A DNA stretch of 64,000 nt from an uncultured delta proteobacterium (lineage in GTDB: Bacteria > Desulfobacterota > Desulfobacteria > Desulfobacterales > JAFDCJ01). This document shows positions 10,783 to 19,525 of this stretch, piece after piece. The DNA lies in contig CAVYNY010000011.1 of NCBI GenBank assembly GCA_963769935.1, forward strand, positions 480,001 through 544,000, written 5' to 3'. The notes under the pieces were generated by a model that did not search any database, was not told the origin of the DNA, and saw only the letters and a list, made by a program, of their open reading frames with translations. The translations under genes and the position numbers were made by a program. Position 1 is the first letter of the stretch, and each line of letters begins with the position of its first letter.

Positions 10783-12000
10783 TCAGACATCACGGATGAC
10801 CTTTGAGGGTTCAATTTTCGCTACCCGAAACGCGGCATAGCCCGAGGCGAGAATCGATAGGAAAATCGTCAATAGCAGGGCAATCATCAGGTGAGCCGGG
10901 GATAATTTGCAAACGTATTCCCCCTCTGCCAGGTACCGGGCAAACAGGCTGTTGATGGTGATCTGTGAAATCAGATACAGCAAGGCGGCCAAGGCGGTGC
11001 CCAGAACGGCCGTGGTGACGGACTGGACCACCGGATACCACATAATGCTGCGCGTTGAAAAGCCGATCAGGCGCGTTATTCCAAGGTGGCGGCTTTTGCG
11101 GTTCACATTGGCCAGAATGTTGCTGGCCATTGAGGCAAAATAGCCGCAGATGGCGACAACGGCGATCAACCGAAAGATTAGGCTGAAAGAGCGGTCCAGG
11201 CTTTGAATGACTTCAATTGCCTCCACCCGGGTATAGATCTCCAAATCCTGGCCGGTCAACCAGTCACGCAGCGGGGCAACGTCGTAGATGGAGCGGGCAT
11301 AGAGCCGAAAGCTCGGATATACCCGCGGCCGCTCCGGCCGTGATTGGCCCGGCCAGCCAAAGAGCGCGGAGCCGAAGCCGTCGCGGTAGTCTTCGGTGGC
11401 CTCCAGCAAAGCCAGCCTGACAAACGCTGCATCCCGCGGATACGCTTCAAGGGGCAAAACGGCGATGACCTTCAGGTCGAGGGCAACCTGTTCTTTGCGT
11501 CCCTGCACGGATCGGCCGACCCGGCCCTCGATTGCCTGTCCGGCTGCGACTTGCAGCTTGCGGGCCGTCGAGGCGGAGAGCACAACGGCATTATTCTCCT
11601 TGGGAACTTTGCCCCATTTTTCAATCAACGGATCGCCCGTGTCCGTCGGGATGAGATCGACCGCCAGGGTTCGCGGTTTGTCATCACTTTTGCGATACAG
11701 TATCATGTTGGCGGCAATCGATCGGGTCTGGGGTATAACGAAGGCGGTCCCCGGCCGTTGGGCCAGGCTTGCCAGCCACTGTTGATCGTAGTGGCCGCTG
11801 CCCACCGGCGAAATCTCAAGATTTCTGGGATCCTGGACCAGGCGATCCACCATGGTATTGATAATCCCGCTCTTGACGCCGAATAGTACCAGCAATGGTG
11901 CCAGGACCGCGGCCAATCCCAGAATCGTGCACACCGAAAGCAGCCGTTCATGGGAGTAGTCGCGCAGCGACAAACGAACGATGGTTTTTAGACCGTGCAT
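10783..12000 (-). CDS. tagS: TagS-like ABC permease (FtsX/LolC-MacB type)
   Basis: DYSHERLLSVCTILGLAAVLAPLLVLFGVKSG, large periplasmic loop, FRLYARSI, three C-terminal TM segments, ending KIEPSKVIRDV. Confidence 0.85.
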   Translation of the reverse strand: MHGLKTIVRLSLRDYSHERLLSVCTILGLAAVLAPLLVLFGVKSGIINTMVDRLVQDPRNLEISPVGSGHYDQQWLASLAQRPGTAFVIPQTRSIAANMILYRKSDDKPRTLAVDLIPTDTGDPLIEKWGKVPKENNAVVLSASTARKLQVAAGQAIEGRVGRSVQGRKEQVALDLKVIAVLPLEAYPRDAAFVRLALLEATEDYRDGFGSALFGWPGQSRPERPRVYPSFRLYARSIYDVAPLRDWLTGQDLEIYTRVEAIEVIQSLDRSFSLIFRLIAVVAICGYFASMASNILANVNRKSRHLGITRLIGFSTRSIMWYPVVQSVTTAVLGTALAALLYLISQITINSLFARYLAEGEYVCKLSPAHLMIALLLTIFLSILASGYAAFRVAKIEPSKVIRDV

Positions 12001-12008
12001 ATGATACC

Positions 12009-12116
12009 TATTGAATATTGAAAATTGAATATTGAATATTTTCGGAATTCTGTCTTATTTTTAAAATCGATCTGCCGAAGGCAGCCCACAAATATTCAAT
12101 ATTCAATATTCATTCA
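12009..12116. repeat. Palindromic element with heptamer (GAATATT/AATATTC) arms
   Basis: TTGAATA tandem units left, AATATTC units right, core TTAAAATCGATCTGCCGAAGGCA shared in reverse orientation with 47668-47801. Confidence 0.85.
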
Positions 12117-12117
12117 T

Positions 12118-12915
12118 CTAACCCGACACCCTGGCGCTCACCGCGCCTTTGGTTTTGTCCTTTTTAATATCGAATTTTACCTGACGGTATCCCAGTTCCT
12201 GCACGCGATCCCACTCATGCGTCGCCACAATCAGGGTGACGCCTTTTTCCTCGGCCAGACGCGTGAATAGGCCCATAATTTCTTCGGCATTAATCGGATC
12301 GAGGGAGGCGGTGGGTTCGTCGGCGATAACCACCGACGGTTCGTGGGCCATGGCTCTGGCGATCGACACTCTCTGTCTTTCCCCAACCGACAGCTGGGAT
12401 GGAAACTTTTCCAGGTGACGTTCAATCCCGAGCTTTTCGGCAACCGCTTTAACGGCGTCCTGCTCCGGCAGCCCCAGGCCGTTGCGGCTCAAGGCGATGT
12501 TGTCATGGACGGAAAGGAAGGGCAGCAATCCCCCGGTCTGAAGGACATAGCCGATATAGCGCATCCGGGCGCGGGCCAGACCGTCCAGATTTTTGCGCTG
12601 CCAGGTACCGGCCACATCCAGACATTGGTCTCCGGCTGTAAAAAATGAAAACTCGGCGGCCCCGTCCGGCCGCAGAATCATGGCCAGCAGATCCAGCAGG
12701 GTGCTCTTGCCGCACCCGCTAAATCCCACCAGCGCCACTTTTTCACCCTGGCGGATAGTCAGCTCCGGCACGGTTAACTCAAAACCATGTTCGCCGGACC
12801 AATTTTTGGTGACGTTGTGCAAATGAAAGACGACGCGTGCCTCATCTTTATCGCCGCCCGACGCTTTTTTTTCTTCGGCTTTTGCAGCCGGATTTTCTGG
12901 GGGACCTGACAACAA
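12118..12915 (-). CDS. tagT: TagT-like ABC ATP-binding protein (LolD/MacB type)
   Basis: GFSGCGKSTLL Walker A, GYVLQTGGLLPFL, LSVGERQRV signature, IADEPTASLD, VATH. Confidence 0.88.
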   Translation of the reverse strand: MLSGPPENPAAKAEEKKASGGDKDEARVVFHLHNVTKNWSGEHGFELTVPELTIRQGEKVALVGFSGCGKSTLLDLLAMILRPDGAAEFSFFTAGDQCLDVAGTWQRKNLDGLARARMRYIGYVLQTGGLLPFLSVHDNIALSRNGLGLPEQDAVKAVAEKLGIERHLEKFPSQLSVGERQRVSIARAMAHEPSVVIADEPTASLDPINAEEIMGLFTRLAEEKGVTLIVATHEWDRVQELGYRQVKFDIKKDKTKGAVSARVSG

Positions 12916-12995
12916 CGACTCCTCTGGAAGCCTGTTTATTTGTCTTGTTTATAATGAATTGTGTAAGTTAACTAATGGTTGAGTCCATTCAATGA

Positions 12996-13153
12996 AAAAA
13001 TTACAAGCACCAAAAAACAAATCACAAATAATATTCAAATTCCAATTTCCTAAAAATCCCCCTGGCCCCCTTTAGGAAAGGGGGAAAATGTTTGGAATTT
13101 GATTCATTGGATTTTGAGATTTGTTTGTAATTTGGGATTTGTAATTTGGGATT
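12996..13153. repeat. Palindromic element with CAAAT-type heptamer arms and nested CCCCCT...AGGGGG hairpin
   Basis: AAATTACAAGCACCAAAAAACAAATCACAAAT left, ATTTGTAATTTGGGATTT right; inner AATCCCCCTGGCCCCCTTTAGGAAAGGGGGA; relatives at 17626-17789 and 33166-33379. Confidence 0.8.
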
Positions 13154-13226
13154 TACAAATTAATTTCCAAAAAATAATAATTATTTTATTGATTCGAGTT
13201 TGTTAAATTACTCGCAAGTCAGCCCA

Positions 13227-15221
13227 CTATGGCATCATGCTCAGCGGCACCCGGTAGACGCTGTCTCCCGGCGCTGTGGCGCCGAAGCTGACCCAATTGG
13301 ATACATCGTCATTATACTGCTGATACCGCCTGATTTTGGACTTTATGTCGTCAACGAGCGCCTGCTGCTCGCCGACGCTCATCCGATACCAGTCTTCTTC
13401 CGTCAGGCGCATAATACTGCTGCGATAGGGAAGATCATCCAGAAATTCGCCCAGCAAACCCAGTTGTCCCAGATTCTGGTTCGGTTTCAGACTGAATTGA
13501 GTGGGGTCCCGTGAAATTTGAGCAGCCGCCGATAAGATGCCCTCAAAAAAGTCGCGCGCTCCGGTGCGTTTGGTCCGCTGGGCCTCGTCCAGGATGACCT
13601 TCAGGCGTTGATACAGATCGCTGAGTTGATTTTTGGTGAGCAGCACGGTTACCTTGAAAGCGGGCGTATCCGGCCGCACCAGATCCATATCCGAAACCCA
13701 GGACGTAACCACGTGGGGGGCCTTGACTTTTTCGCGCCGCCCCAGGTACTCGAGTTGCATGGCATAACCCAGAATGGCGGCCTTACGCTCGGCCTCGGCT
13801 ACTACGCCGCCGGAAGCGGCGGCCGGCTGTTCCGGCATCTGCAAGCGTTCGCCGGTGCTGGTGGCCTTGACCAGGTGCACCATCTGGGCCGCTACGCCCT
13901 CAACCACCCGGCCGAAAGTCTGCACACCGGCCTGGGTATCGCTCGCATCGATGGGTATGTACAGATCACCGAGGGCGGAGTCGGATTGTCCGGTCAGGGC
14001 CCGGTATTTGGCCTCGGCATAGGCAATGTTGTGAACCCGCTTGGCCAGGGGCGTTCTGAGATGGAGCACAAAGGTTCTGACACCCTTGGCCGCGGCCATA
14101 TCGGCAATCTCAGGTTCGTTCATCCCGGTCGTGGAATAGGGATCATCGTTGCGGATGGGGCCGGCATCGGTAATGAGGAGCATGACGCGCGACTGGTAAG
14201 GGCCCCAATTCATTTGATCGAGAGCCGTTTTAAGACCGGCAAAAGCATCTTCGTTGAACGAATGCGAGGAAACCTTGGCCTCCTCGGCGCCTGCCAGGGC
14301 ATTTTCGAACTCAACGCGCTGATGGCCATCCCGCAAATCGGACAGGACCTTGCTCACATAGCCGAGCGCCGGCGTCTTTTCAATGCTGCTGCGAAAAGCC
14401 ACCAGGCCAAACGCCACTTTATCAGCCAGTCCCGCCGCATCTATGGCATCGAAAATTTTTCGCACCGCCTCCCGCGTGCGGTCGATATAGGGCTTCATGG
14501 AGATTGTGGTATCGATAACGAAGACAATGCTGGTTCGCAAATCCGAATCTTCCGGCAGTTGCCAGTCGCCCGGATCAATGGAGGCAACCTCAAGAAATTT
14601 AACGCCTTCAAAAAGCTCCACCGTCTGGAAAATCGGCACAAGGTAGAATCGTTTGCGCGAAACCGCCTGCTCCGGAGGTTCAATCGCCCGCAGTGGAAAG
14701 TCGGCCGGCGGGGAGATGCCCGCCTGCTTAATAGATTTGAATTGGGACACCAGCCCGACGGCTTCCTTGCTGGGGGACGCCGATCCGGCAACCTGATCAA
14801 GGGATTCCAGATCCTTGAAAAACAGAACCGGCTGGCGGCCCTCACGCTCGGTGAAAACCAGGGTCAAGGCCTGGCGCCAATCGGAAATTTTGTCTTCCTT
14901 AACCCAGCCGCTGATCTCACAGCTGCTCGAAGGGCCCACCTTCAGCCACTCGATATCATCCGCCGAGGTGCGGTCATAAACATAAAAGACGGTGAAGGGC
15001 TCGATCCGCGCTTCCGCGATCGGCGCCGATTTGCCGGCCGAAGTGTAGAGAATTGCCCCGGGATGCGTAATCACCTGTTGATACAGGGAGCGTTTGCCGG
15101 GAATGAGCAGCGGCCTGCACTGCTGCGCCGACGCTGCCTCAACCCCGACCAGCGTCAGGCAGATCAACGCAATCATTCCCATACGAATTGCTTTAACAAG
15201 GAATAATTTGTGAGTCGGCAT
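13227..15221 (-). CDS. Exported vWA-domain protein homologous to the periplasmic C-terminal part of PpkA, with no kinase domain
   Basis: Signal peptide (MIALICLTLVGVEAASA) then RPLLIPGKRSLYQ, VASIDPG, VFVIDTTISMKPYID MIDAS-like motif, VSSHSFNEDAFAG, LITDAG, C-terminal GDSVYRVPLSMMP; no kinase motifs. Confidence 0.85.
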   Translation of the reverse strand: MPTHKLFLVKAIRMGMIALICLTLVGVEAASAQQCRPLLIPGKRSLYQQVITHPGAILYTSAGKSAPIAEARIEPFTVFYVYDRTSADDIEWLKVGPSSSCEISGWVKEDKISDWRQALTLVFTEREGRQPVLFFKDLESLDQVAGSASPSKEAVGLVSQFKSIKQAGISPPADFPLRAIEPPEQAVSRKRFYLVPIFQTVELFEGVKFLEVASIDPGDWQLPEDSDLRTSIVFVIDTTISMKPYIDRTREAVRKIFDAIDAAGLADKVAFGLVAFRSSIEKTPALGYVSKVLSDLRDGHQRVEFENALAGAEEAKVSSHSFNEDAFAGLKTALDQMNWGPYQSRVMLLITDAGPIRNDDPYSTTGMNEPEIADMAAAKGVRTFVLHLRTPLAKRVHNIAYAEAKYRALTGQSDSALGDLYIPIDASDTQAGVQTFGRVVEGVAAQMVHLVKATSTGERLQMPEQPAAASGGVVAEAERKAAILGYAMQLEYLGRREKVKAPHVVTSWVSDMDLVRPDTPAFKVTVLLTKNQLSDLYQRLKVILDEAQRTKRTGARDFFEGILSAAAQISRDPTQFSLKPNQNLGQLGLLGEFLDDLPYRSSIMRLTEEDWYRMSVGEQQALVDDIKSKIRRYQQYNDDVSNWVSFGATAPGDSVYRVPLSMMP

Positions 15222-15246
15222 GGACTATCCTTTCGGCGTTAATGGT

Positions 15247-15843
15247 TCAACGCCAGTTTTTTAATAATTCGCGCGCTTCGTGGTCGCCCCCATCTGCTTG
15301 GGCCGCCACCCAGGAACGAAGCTGAGCCAGATTGTTCTTGGCTTTTTCCTGCCCACCTGCCAAGGCTTCCCGATACCAGTTATAGGCGGTTTCAGGGTTT
15401 TTGCGGATGGTGCCGCTGGGCTCTTTAGCGGTCGGATCATAATAGCGCGCCACAGCCAGGGCCGCCTCGGCGTTGCCGCTGTCCGCCGCATACTCCAATA
15501 ACAGAAATGCCGCATCTGCCCGTTCGGGACTGTCCGGCAGGGATCCGGCCAGAGCCAGTGCTTCTGCGGGGCTTATCCCGTCTCTCAAGGCTTTGCGTGC
15601 CTGTTCCAGCAGCGGCGCCTCAGGGGTATAAGACGGCGGCGGCGGGGGCGGGATGGCTTCTTTTTTAGGCGGTAGATTGGCCATGCGGGGAAGCTCGGAT
15701 TTCTGCGTCTCCTTTGGCCCGGGTTTCTCAACCTGGAAGGACTTCCAGACCAGATAGCCGGCGACGACCAGAACCACTAGTCCGATGATACCACCAATAA
15801 CCAAGATCCACAAACGTTCCCTGGATTTAATATTGAATTCCAC
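15247..15843 (-). CDS. Membrane-anchored Sel1-like repeat protein with Pro-rich linker
   Basis: One N-terminal TM (LWILVIGGIIGLVVLVVAGYLVW), PPPPPP linker, AADSGNAEAALAVARYYD and KNPETAYNWYREALAGGQEKA Sel1-like repeats. Confidence 0.75.
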   Translation of the reverse strand: MEFNIKSRERLWILVIGGIIGLVVLVVAGYLVWKSFQVEKPGPKETQKSELPRMANLPPKKEAIPPPPPPSYTPEAPLLEQARKALRDGISPAEALALAGSLPDSPERADAAFLLLEYAADSGNAEAALAVARYYDPTAKEPSGTIRKNPETAYNWYREALAGGQEKAKNNLAQLRSWVAAQADGGDHEARELLKNWR

Positions 15844-16179
15844 CGTTTTTCCTTTGTCAATCTAAAATCCGGCCGACATTCGTTGCTTCGTCCGGCAGAG
15901 GCGTATAATTAGAAATCCTTAATCCTTGTGCTGCGAGGGAGCAATTCTTGTCAAGTTATTCAAAATACGGACGTACGCCTGTTAGCCGGCAAAATAAAGC
16001 TGAGGAGCTGTTTCCGGTTAGATTATTTTTATAGGTAAACTATATGATAGAATAGACTTGCGGAAATTTCAAACCCTAAATCTTGGCAATACGTTATCCC
16101 AACATTCCCCCCAGTCTGGAACGCAGCGGGCCTATTTATCTTACAATCCAACAGTATAGAAAATTAAAGTGAGTGTCAA

Positions 16180-16278
16180 ATAATTAATCCGCCGGGCCTT
16201 CTGACCAGCTACTCGCTTTGGTTGTCAAGGAACAATTCACAACCTTGGCAGAGTTATTTGTCAGGGCGGATTAATTAT
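16180..16278. mobile_element. MITE-like element, 99 bp, same 14-bp terminal inverted repeats as 8848-8946
   Basis: ATAATTAATCCGCC (16180-16193) and GGCGGATTAATTAT (16265-16278); the right TIR contains the hisD stop codon. Confidence 0.7.
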
Positions 16279-17570
16279 AGTCTCACCTTCAGGGAGTTCA
16301 CATGGGCATTCAGGCCTTCAACTTCCGCCAGACGCATCACATCGGCGGCCTCCTGCTTTAGAGCACTCTGCGCATAGTGAATAATACTGGTCTTTTTGGT
16401 GAAGTGGTCCACCGACAGGGCCGACGCGAACCGGGCCGTGCCGGCGGTGGGAAGCACGTGATTGGGCCCGGCCGCATAATCTCCGATGGGCTCCGGGGTG
16501 TAATGCCCCAGAAAAACTGCGCCGGCATGACGAATTTTTCCGACATATTCAAACGGGTCATTGATTTGAAGCTCAAGATGCTCGGGTGCGATTCGATTAG
16601 CCAGATTTACGGCCGCCTCAAGATCCTGCACCACGAATATGGCACCAAAACCGGACAGAGAAGCGGCGGCTATTTCCTGGCGGGGCAATGCCGCCAGCTG
16701 TTTAACCAGTTCAGCGGTCACGGCGGCGGCGATCCCGGCTGAATCGGTCACCAGTATGGCGGAACTCAGGGCATCATGCTCGGCCTGGGCCAGCAGATCG
16801 GCGGCGGCGAAGGACGGGTTGGCGGAATCATCGGCGATCACAAGGACTTCGCTGGGTCCGGCGATCATATCGATACCGACGGTTCCGGAGACGATCTTTT
16901 TCGCCAGGGTAACATAAATATTGCCGGGACCGGCGATAACATCAACTCTGGGGATAGTGGCGGTACCGTATGCCAGGGCGGCGATCGCCCAGGCGCTGCC
17001 GATTTTAAAAATCTGTTTTATTCCCACTTTGCCGGCCGCTGCCAGAAGATGGGGATTGATGCCGCCGTCTCTGGTCGACGGGGTCACCATCACGATGTTC
17101 TTGACGCCGGCGATTTTAGCCGGAATAGCCGTCATCAGAACGGTGGACACCAGCGGCGTCTCACCGCCCCTGGCACCGGGCACATAGATACCGGCGGCAT
17201 CAACGGGGTTGACCATCTGCCCCAGCAGAACGCCCGGCCGCCGGGTGTCGATCCAGGATTGACGAACCTGCTGCCGGTGAAAGGCCTCTATCTGGGCAGC
17301 GGCTCGATTCATAGCCCGGACGAATGCACGATCGACTTTCTTTGAAGCAGCCCCCATTTCCTGGACGCCGACCTTCAGCGAGTCGAGGCTCAGATCGGGC
17401 GCATCAAAACGCCGGGCGTATTTAAGGACGGCGGCGTCGCCGTTGCGGCGGACATCCTCCAGGATGCGTGAGACCGTCTGATAATCCTTTTTTCTAAAAA
17501 AAAGGCCGCGGTTGATAATGGCAGATACTTTACGCTCGGCCTTTTCTGAAGGGTATTGATAGGTTTTCAT
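16275..17570 (-). CDS. hisD: Histidinol dehydrogenase
   Basis: GIYVPG, AGPGNIYVTLAK, IDMIAGPSEV, DLLAQAEHD, APEHLE, GDYAAGPNHVLPT. Confidence 0.97.
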   Translation of the reverse strand: MKTYQYPSEKAERKVSAIINRGLFFRKKDYQTVSRILEDVRRNGDAAVLKYARRFDAPDLSLDSLKVGVQEMGAASKKVDRAFVRAMNRAAAQIEAFHRQQVRQSWIDTRRPGVLLGQMVNPVDAAGIYVPGARGGETPLVSTVLMTAIPAKIAGVKNIVMVTPSTRDGGINPHLLAAAGKVGIKQIFKIGSAWAIAALAYGTATIPRVDVIAGPGNIYVTLAKKIVSGTVGIDMIAGPSEVLVIADDSANPSFAAADLLAQAEHDALSSAILVTDSAGIAAAVTAELVKQLAALPRQEIAAASLSGFGAIFVVQDLEAAVNLANRIAPEHLELQINDPFEYVGKIRHAGAVFLGHYTPEPIGDYAAGPNHVLPTAGTARFASALSVDHFTKKTSIIHYAQSALKQEAADVMRLAEVEGLNAHVNSLKVRL

Positions 17571-17625
17571 AGCATTCGATTCAGCGTATCATGACAGTTA
17601 TTAGGTCAGTTCTCAGGGTTGCCGC

Positions 17626-17789
17626 AAATCAAAATCACAAATAACAAATCCCTGGCCCAGACCGATTCAACGCCTTAATTATTAATTGCATCTACGCCCA
17701 AGCCGGAAACGGATAAAAGTTTAAGCCGAGCAAGTTGCACCCAGGCGGGCCCAAATAAATTACAATGACCAAAATACAAAATTCCAAAC
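17626..17789. repeat. CAAAT-type heptamer arm interrupted by a roughly 100-bp insert
   Basis: AAATCAAAATCACAAATAACAAATC, then insert CCTGGCCC...CAGGCGGGC, then CAAATAAATTACAATGACCAAAATACAAAATTCCAAAC. Confidence 0.6.
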
Positions 17790-17947
17790 GGAACTCAATC
17801 TGTTTTAATCATCGCTTAAATTAAACGCATTCATTTATCACGAAAGCAGAAAAGTTCTAAACTAGTTGTGCCATTCTTTAAAGTGAAACGGAACCCGTTG
17901 TCAACAGGTTAAACGAAAGTGGAATAAACACTATCTCAAAATTCAAT

Positions 17948-17975
17948 TTGACATCCTGGAACGGATCTGTACTAG
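17948..17975 (+). promoter_or_regulatory. Candidate sigma70 promoter of serC
   Basis: TTGACA-16 bp-TACTAG, about 110 bp upstream of the serC start. Confidence 0.45.
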
Positions 17976-18087
17976 TAAACGTCCGATCCCGAAGGCATCG
18001 CTGCCGGATCACCTCGGAAGGATGCGGCTGCCCGGTCGGGACAGGTGAAATCCATTTCAATGAACCCATTCGGAGCGGAGGGAAAAT

Positions 18088-19176
18088 ATGAGCGCCAAAA
18101 GAATCCACAACTTTAATCCGGGACCGGCCGCCCTGCCCCTTGTCGTGTTGGAAGAGATCCAGGAAAATTTTCTGGATTTCAGCGGATCCGGCATGTCCAT
18201 TACCGAAATCAGCCACAGATCCAAACAATTCGAGGACATCCTCAACGATGCCGTTGCCCGAACCAGACGCCTGTTGAACCTGGACAACGATTTTCAGGTG
18301 CTTTTCCTGCAGGGCGGCGCCAGCATGCAGTTTGCCATGATTCCCATGAATTTCCTTACCCCCAATAACGCCGCCGACTATGTCGACACCGGCACCTGGT
18401 CCGCCAAAGCTATCAAAGAGGCTGAAATCCAGGGCAAATCGGTCAACGTGGTCGCATCCTCTGCGGATCGGAATTATGCCTGCATCCCCCGGAATATAGC
18501 CTTTAACAAAGATGCCGCGTACGTTCATATCACATCCAACAACACCATCAAAGGCACCCAGTGGGCTCATTTTCCGGATACACGCGACGTGCCGATTATT
18601 TGCGACATGTCGTCGGACATCATGAGCCGACCGCTGGATGCGCAAAAGTTCGGGATGATTTATGCCGGCGCGCAAAAGAATGCCGGGCCGGCCGGCGTCT
18701 GTCTGGTAATTATCCGCAAGGATATGCTGGCGTTGGTACCGGATAATTTGCCGACCATGTTGAAGTATACGACCTACGCCGCGAAAAACTCCCTGTACAA
18801 CACACCGCCGTGTTTTGCTGTTTACACCGTTGACCTGGTTTTGAAATGGTTGGAAGAAACCATCGGCGGCCTTGACAAAATGGCGGTGCTGAACGGCCAA
18901 AAAGCCGCACTGCTCTATGATTATCTGGACGCCGGCGGTTTTTACCGCGCCACGGCGGAACCGGACAGCCGGTCCCTGATGAACGTCACCTTCCGTCTAC
19001 CGAATGAAGTTCTGGAAAAACAGTTCGTTCAACAGGCCCAGGAAAATTCTCTGGGCGGTCTCAAAGGCCACCGGTCGGTGGGCGGCTGCCGGGCTTCGCT
19101 TTACAATGCCGTGACGGTTGAATCCGTTGCAGCGCTGGTGGATTTCATGAAAGCTTTTGAAAAGGAAAACGGTTAG
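18088..19176 (+). CDS. serC: Phosphoserine aminotransferase
   Basis: HNFNPGPAALP, EISHRS, LQGGASMQF, CDMSSD, YAGAQKNAGPAG, LYNTPP, KGHRSVGGCRASLYNA. Confidence 0.97.
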   Translation: MSAKRIHNFNPGPAALPLVVLEEIQENFLDFSGSGMSITEISHRSKQFEDILNDAVARTRRLLNLDNDFQVLFLQGGASMQFAMIPMNFLTPNNAADYVDTGTWSAKAIKEAEIQGKSVNVVASSADRNYACIPRNIAFNKDAAYVHITSNNTIKGTQWAHFPDTRDVPIICDMSSDIMSRPLDAQKFGMIYAGAQKNAGPAGVCLVIIRKDMLALVPDNLPTMLKYTTYAAKNSLYNTPPCFAVYTVDLVLKWLEETIGGLDKMAVLNGQKAALLYDYLDAGGFYRATAEPDSRSLMNVTFRLPNEVLEKQFVQQAQENSLGGLKGHRSVGGCRASLYNAVTVESVAALVDFMKAFEKENG

Positions 19177-19367
19177 CCGGTTTGCCCGTCGGCCGGTTGG
19201 CCGGTTAGCCGGTCGGCTGGTTACCGTTGGCTCGTCGGCCCGTTGATCCGTTGGCCGGTCGGCCCCTTTGCCTCTTTTCCCCTTTACCCCTTTGCCGGTT
19301 AGCCTATTGGCCCGTTGGCTCGATATTGCAACGGGTTAACGGGTAGGCGAGACAACCGGCCAACCGA
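19177..19367. repeat. Octamer (CCGGTTGG-like) tandem repeat tract with complementary right arm
   Basis: Many degenerate CCGGTTGG/CCCGTTGG/CCCCTTTG units starting at the serC stop, closed by CAACGGGTTAACGGG...CAACCGGCCAACCG. Confidence 0.8.
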
Positions 19368-19525
19368 TTTTTCTGTCATTTTGGGTTTTACTTGACATTA
19401 CGAGTAAACACGAATAATGACAGTTGTTGAAAGATTTTGAAAAAAGGCCTATTATACAAATCAAACAAGCTTCACCGGTAATTTATTGAAGGCATTAACA
19501 ACCCTCATGCCAAAAGGAGGTAGTT

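Noticed and set aside
13608..15206. 532-aa plus-strand ORF and other long antisense ORFs (17878-18900, 43582-44469, 32275-33057, 37964-38668)
   Set aside because: They shadow well-supported genes on the opposite strand and show no recognisable motifs.
16153..16179. Sigma70 promoter for the Tag-like cassette (TTGACA-15 bp-TATACT, minus strand)
   Set aside because: Both boxes are good but the spacer is short and it lies over 300 bp from the start; too uncertain to list.
17858..17873. Sigma54 promoter upstream of hisD (TGGCACAACTAGTTTA, minus strand)
   Set aside because: Good -24 box, but the -12 position reads TT instead of GC.
18005..18030. SRP (4.5S) RNA, from TCACCTCGGAAGGATGCGGC
   Set aside because: It resembles the GGAAGGAAGCAG tetraloop region but lacks the conserved CAGG side of the symmetric loop and a long terminal stem.
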